A stretch of 64,000 bases of DNA from Squalus acanthias. Taxonomy: Eukaryota. Position numbers and translations under genes: made by a program. Every line of letters starts with the position of its first letter. Position 1 is the stretch's first letter. This document shows, in pieces, positions 62,849-64,000 of the stretch. The notes under the pieces were generated by a model that ran no database searches, was not told the origin of the DNA, and saw nothing but the letters and a program-made list of their open reading frames with translations. The DNA is taken from contig CM059438.1 of the NCBI GenBank assembly GCA_030390025.1, forward strand, positions 62,002,001-62,066,000, written 5' to 3'.

Positions 62849-63664
62849 TAAGAATTTCAATATCCAGGCAGCACAAGTGGCTGTGATCCGTGTAGTGTTC
62901 AGTCACCTTGCCTCGTAAAGTACAGTAACCTTCAGTCCCATTGTGAGCCAGTTATTGATCCAGGCCAGATTTAAAAAAAAACTGCAAAATGCTGAAAATC
63001 TGCAGTAGAAAGCAGAATCTTCTGGAAATACACAGCGGGTCCCACCAACATCTCAGAAGGGAGAGACAGGTTAATATTTTAGTTCGAGACCATTCAGTGA
63101 ATCCCAGACTTCTGAGAAAGGGTCTGCACTTGAAGCAATTAACCTGTCTATTCTCTTTTTTTAAGATACTGATATATATTTTCCGTTTACCCACCTCTCC
63201 CTCTTTTTGAAGAGGTTAATTGACTGCACAGCCTGACTTGGCTCTGAGCCCATTCCATATTTAAATAAAAATTTATCTCCAGTCTTGGTTGAGGCTTTTT
63301 AATCTTGTTCTCTTGACATTCTGGGAGTCGGAAAGGTCAGTAAGCCTGACACGGCGAGGGAGCTGACTTGCACTCGATGCTGAAGCATATTTGGGTTAAT
63401 GATGGTATCGCCACTGATGTTAATTTAGCCCCTACACAGTCAACCTCAGGAACCTGTTCAGGTGAATACTGAGTGGTGCTGTCAGACCTCTAAATTTAAA
63501 TGCAAATGTACAAATCAACAGAAGAAAACAAAAGGATGTTGATGCCTCGCAACGACAGACTTTAAAAAAAAATGGTGGAAATTTGAAATAAAAACAAAAT
63601 GGTAAAAATACTCAGCTGGTCTGTCATCGCGTGAAAGAGGAAAAAAACACGGGTTAATATTTAG

Positions 63665-63880
63665 GAAAATAGGAGCAGGAGGCATTCAAGCCCCTCGAGC
63701 CTGTTTCGCCATTTAATTAGATCATGGCTGATCAGTACCTCAACTCCACTTCCCTGCCGTAGTTCCATATCCCTTGATACCCTTGCCTAACAAAAATCTA
63801 TCAGTCTCAGTTTTGAGATTTTCGATTAACCCCCAGCCTCAACAGCTTTTTGGTGGAGAGTTTTCCAGATTTCCACTGCC
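63665..63880 (-). mobile_element. CR1 3' tail inserted in a degenerate Penelope-like palindrome (~63575-63985)
   Basis: AAATAGGAGCAGGAG..CCCCTCGAGCCTG..GATCATGGCTGATC. Flanks carry AAATACTCAGC.GGTC and CCTGAAACGTTA..CAGATGCTG. Confidence 0.75.
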
Positions 63881-64000
63881 CTCAGATAGGGACTCTTCAT
63901 AGAATGGACAGAGTGCCACCTGAAACGTTACCCCCCCGCCCTCTCACCTCTCAGATGCTGACTGACTACCGTGTATTTCCAGCAGCTGGCACTTTGTACT

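Overview
Repeat-rich vertebrate genomic DNA. The HE1/V-SINE, Deu-type SINE and HER1-like CR1 content points to a cartilaginous fish (inference). The only supported host gene is the 5' part of PNPLA7 (NTE-related esterase) on the + strand. Ten GT-AG exons between 16409 and 57165 splice in one open frame (1084 nt) and encode the N-terminal transmembrane anchor, the RFRKRDK motif and the first cyclic-nucleotide-binding-like domain. The start exon is uncertain and the patatin domain lies beyond the window. Most other recognisable sequence is transposon-derived: CR1 and L2 LINE fragments, tRNA-derived SINEs, an LF-SINE-like relic, several non-autonomous TIR elements, Penelope-type palindromes and minisatellites, often nested. 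I found no convincing novel protein-coding system. The best leads are palindromic insertions carrying hammerhead-ribozyme-like cores, and a TIR element carrying clustered consensus splice donors inside a PNPLA7 intron. Repeat family names come from recalled motifs, not from database searches, and many repeat boundaries are approximate.
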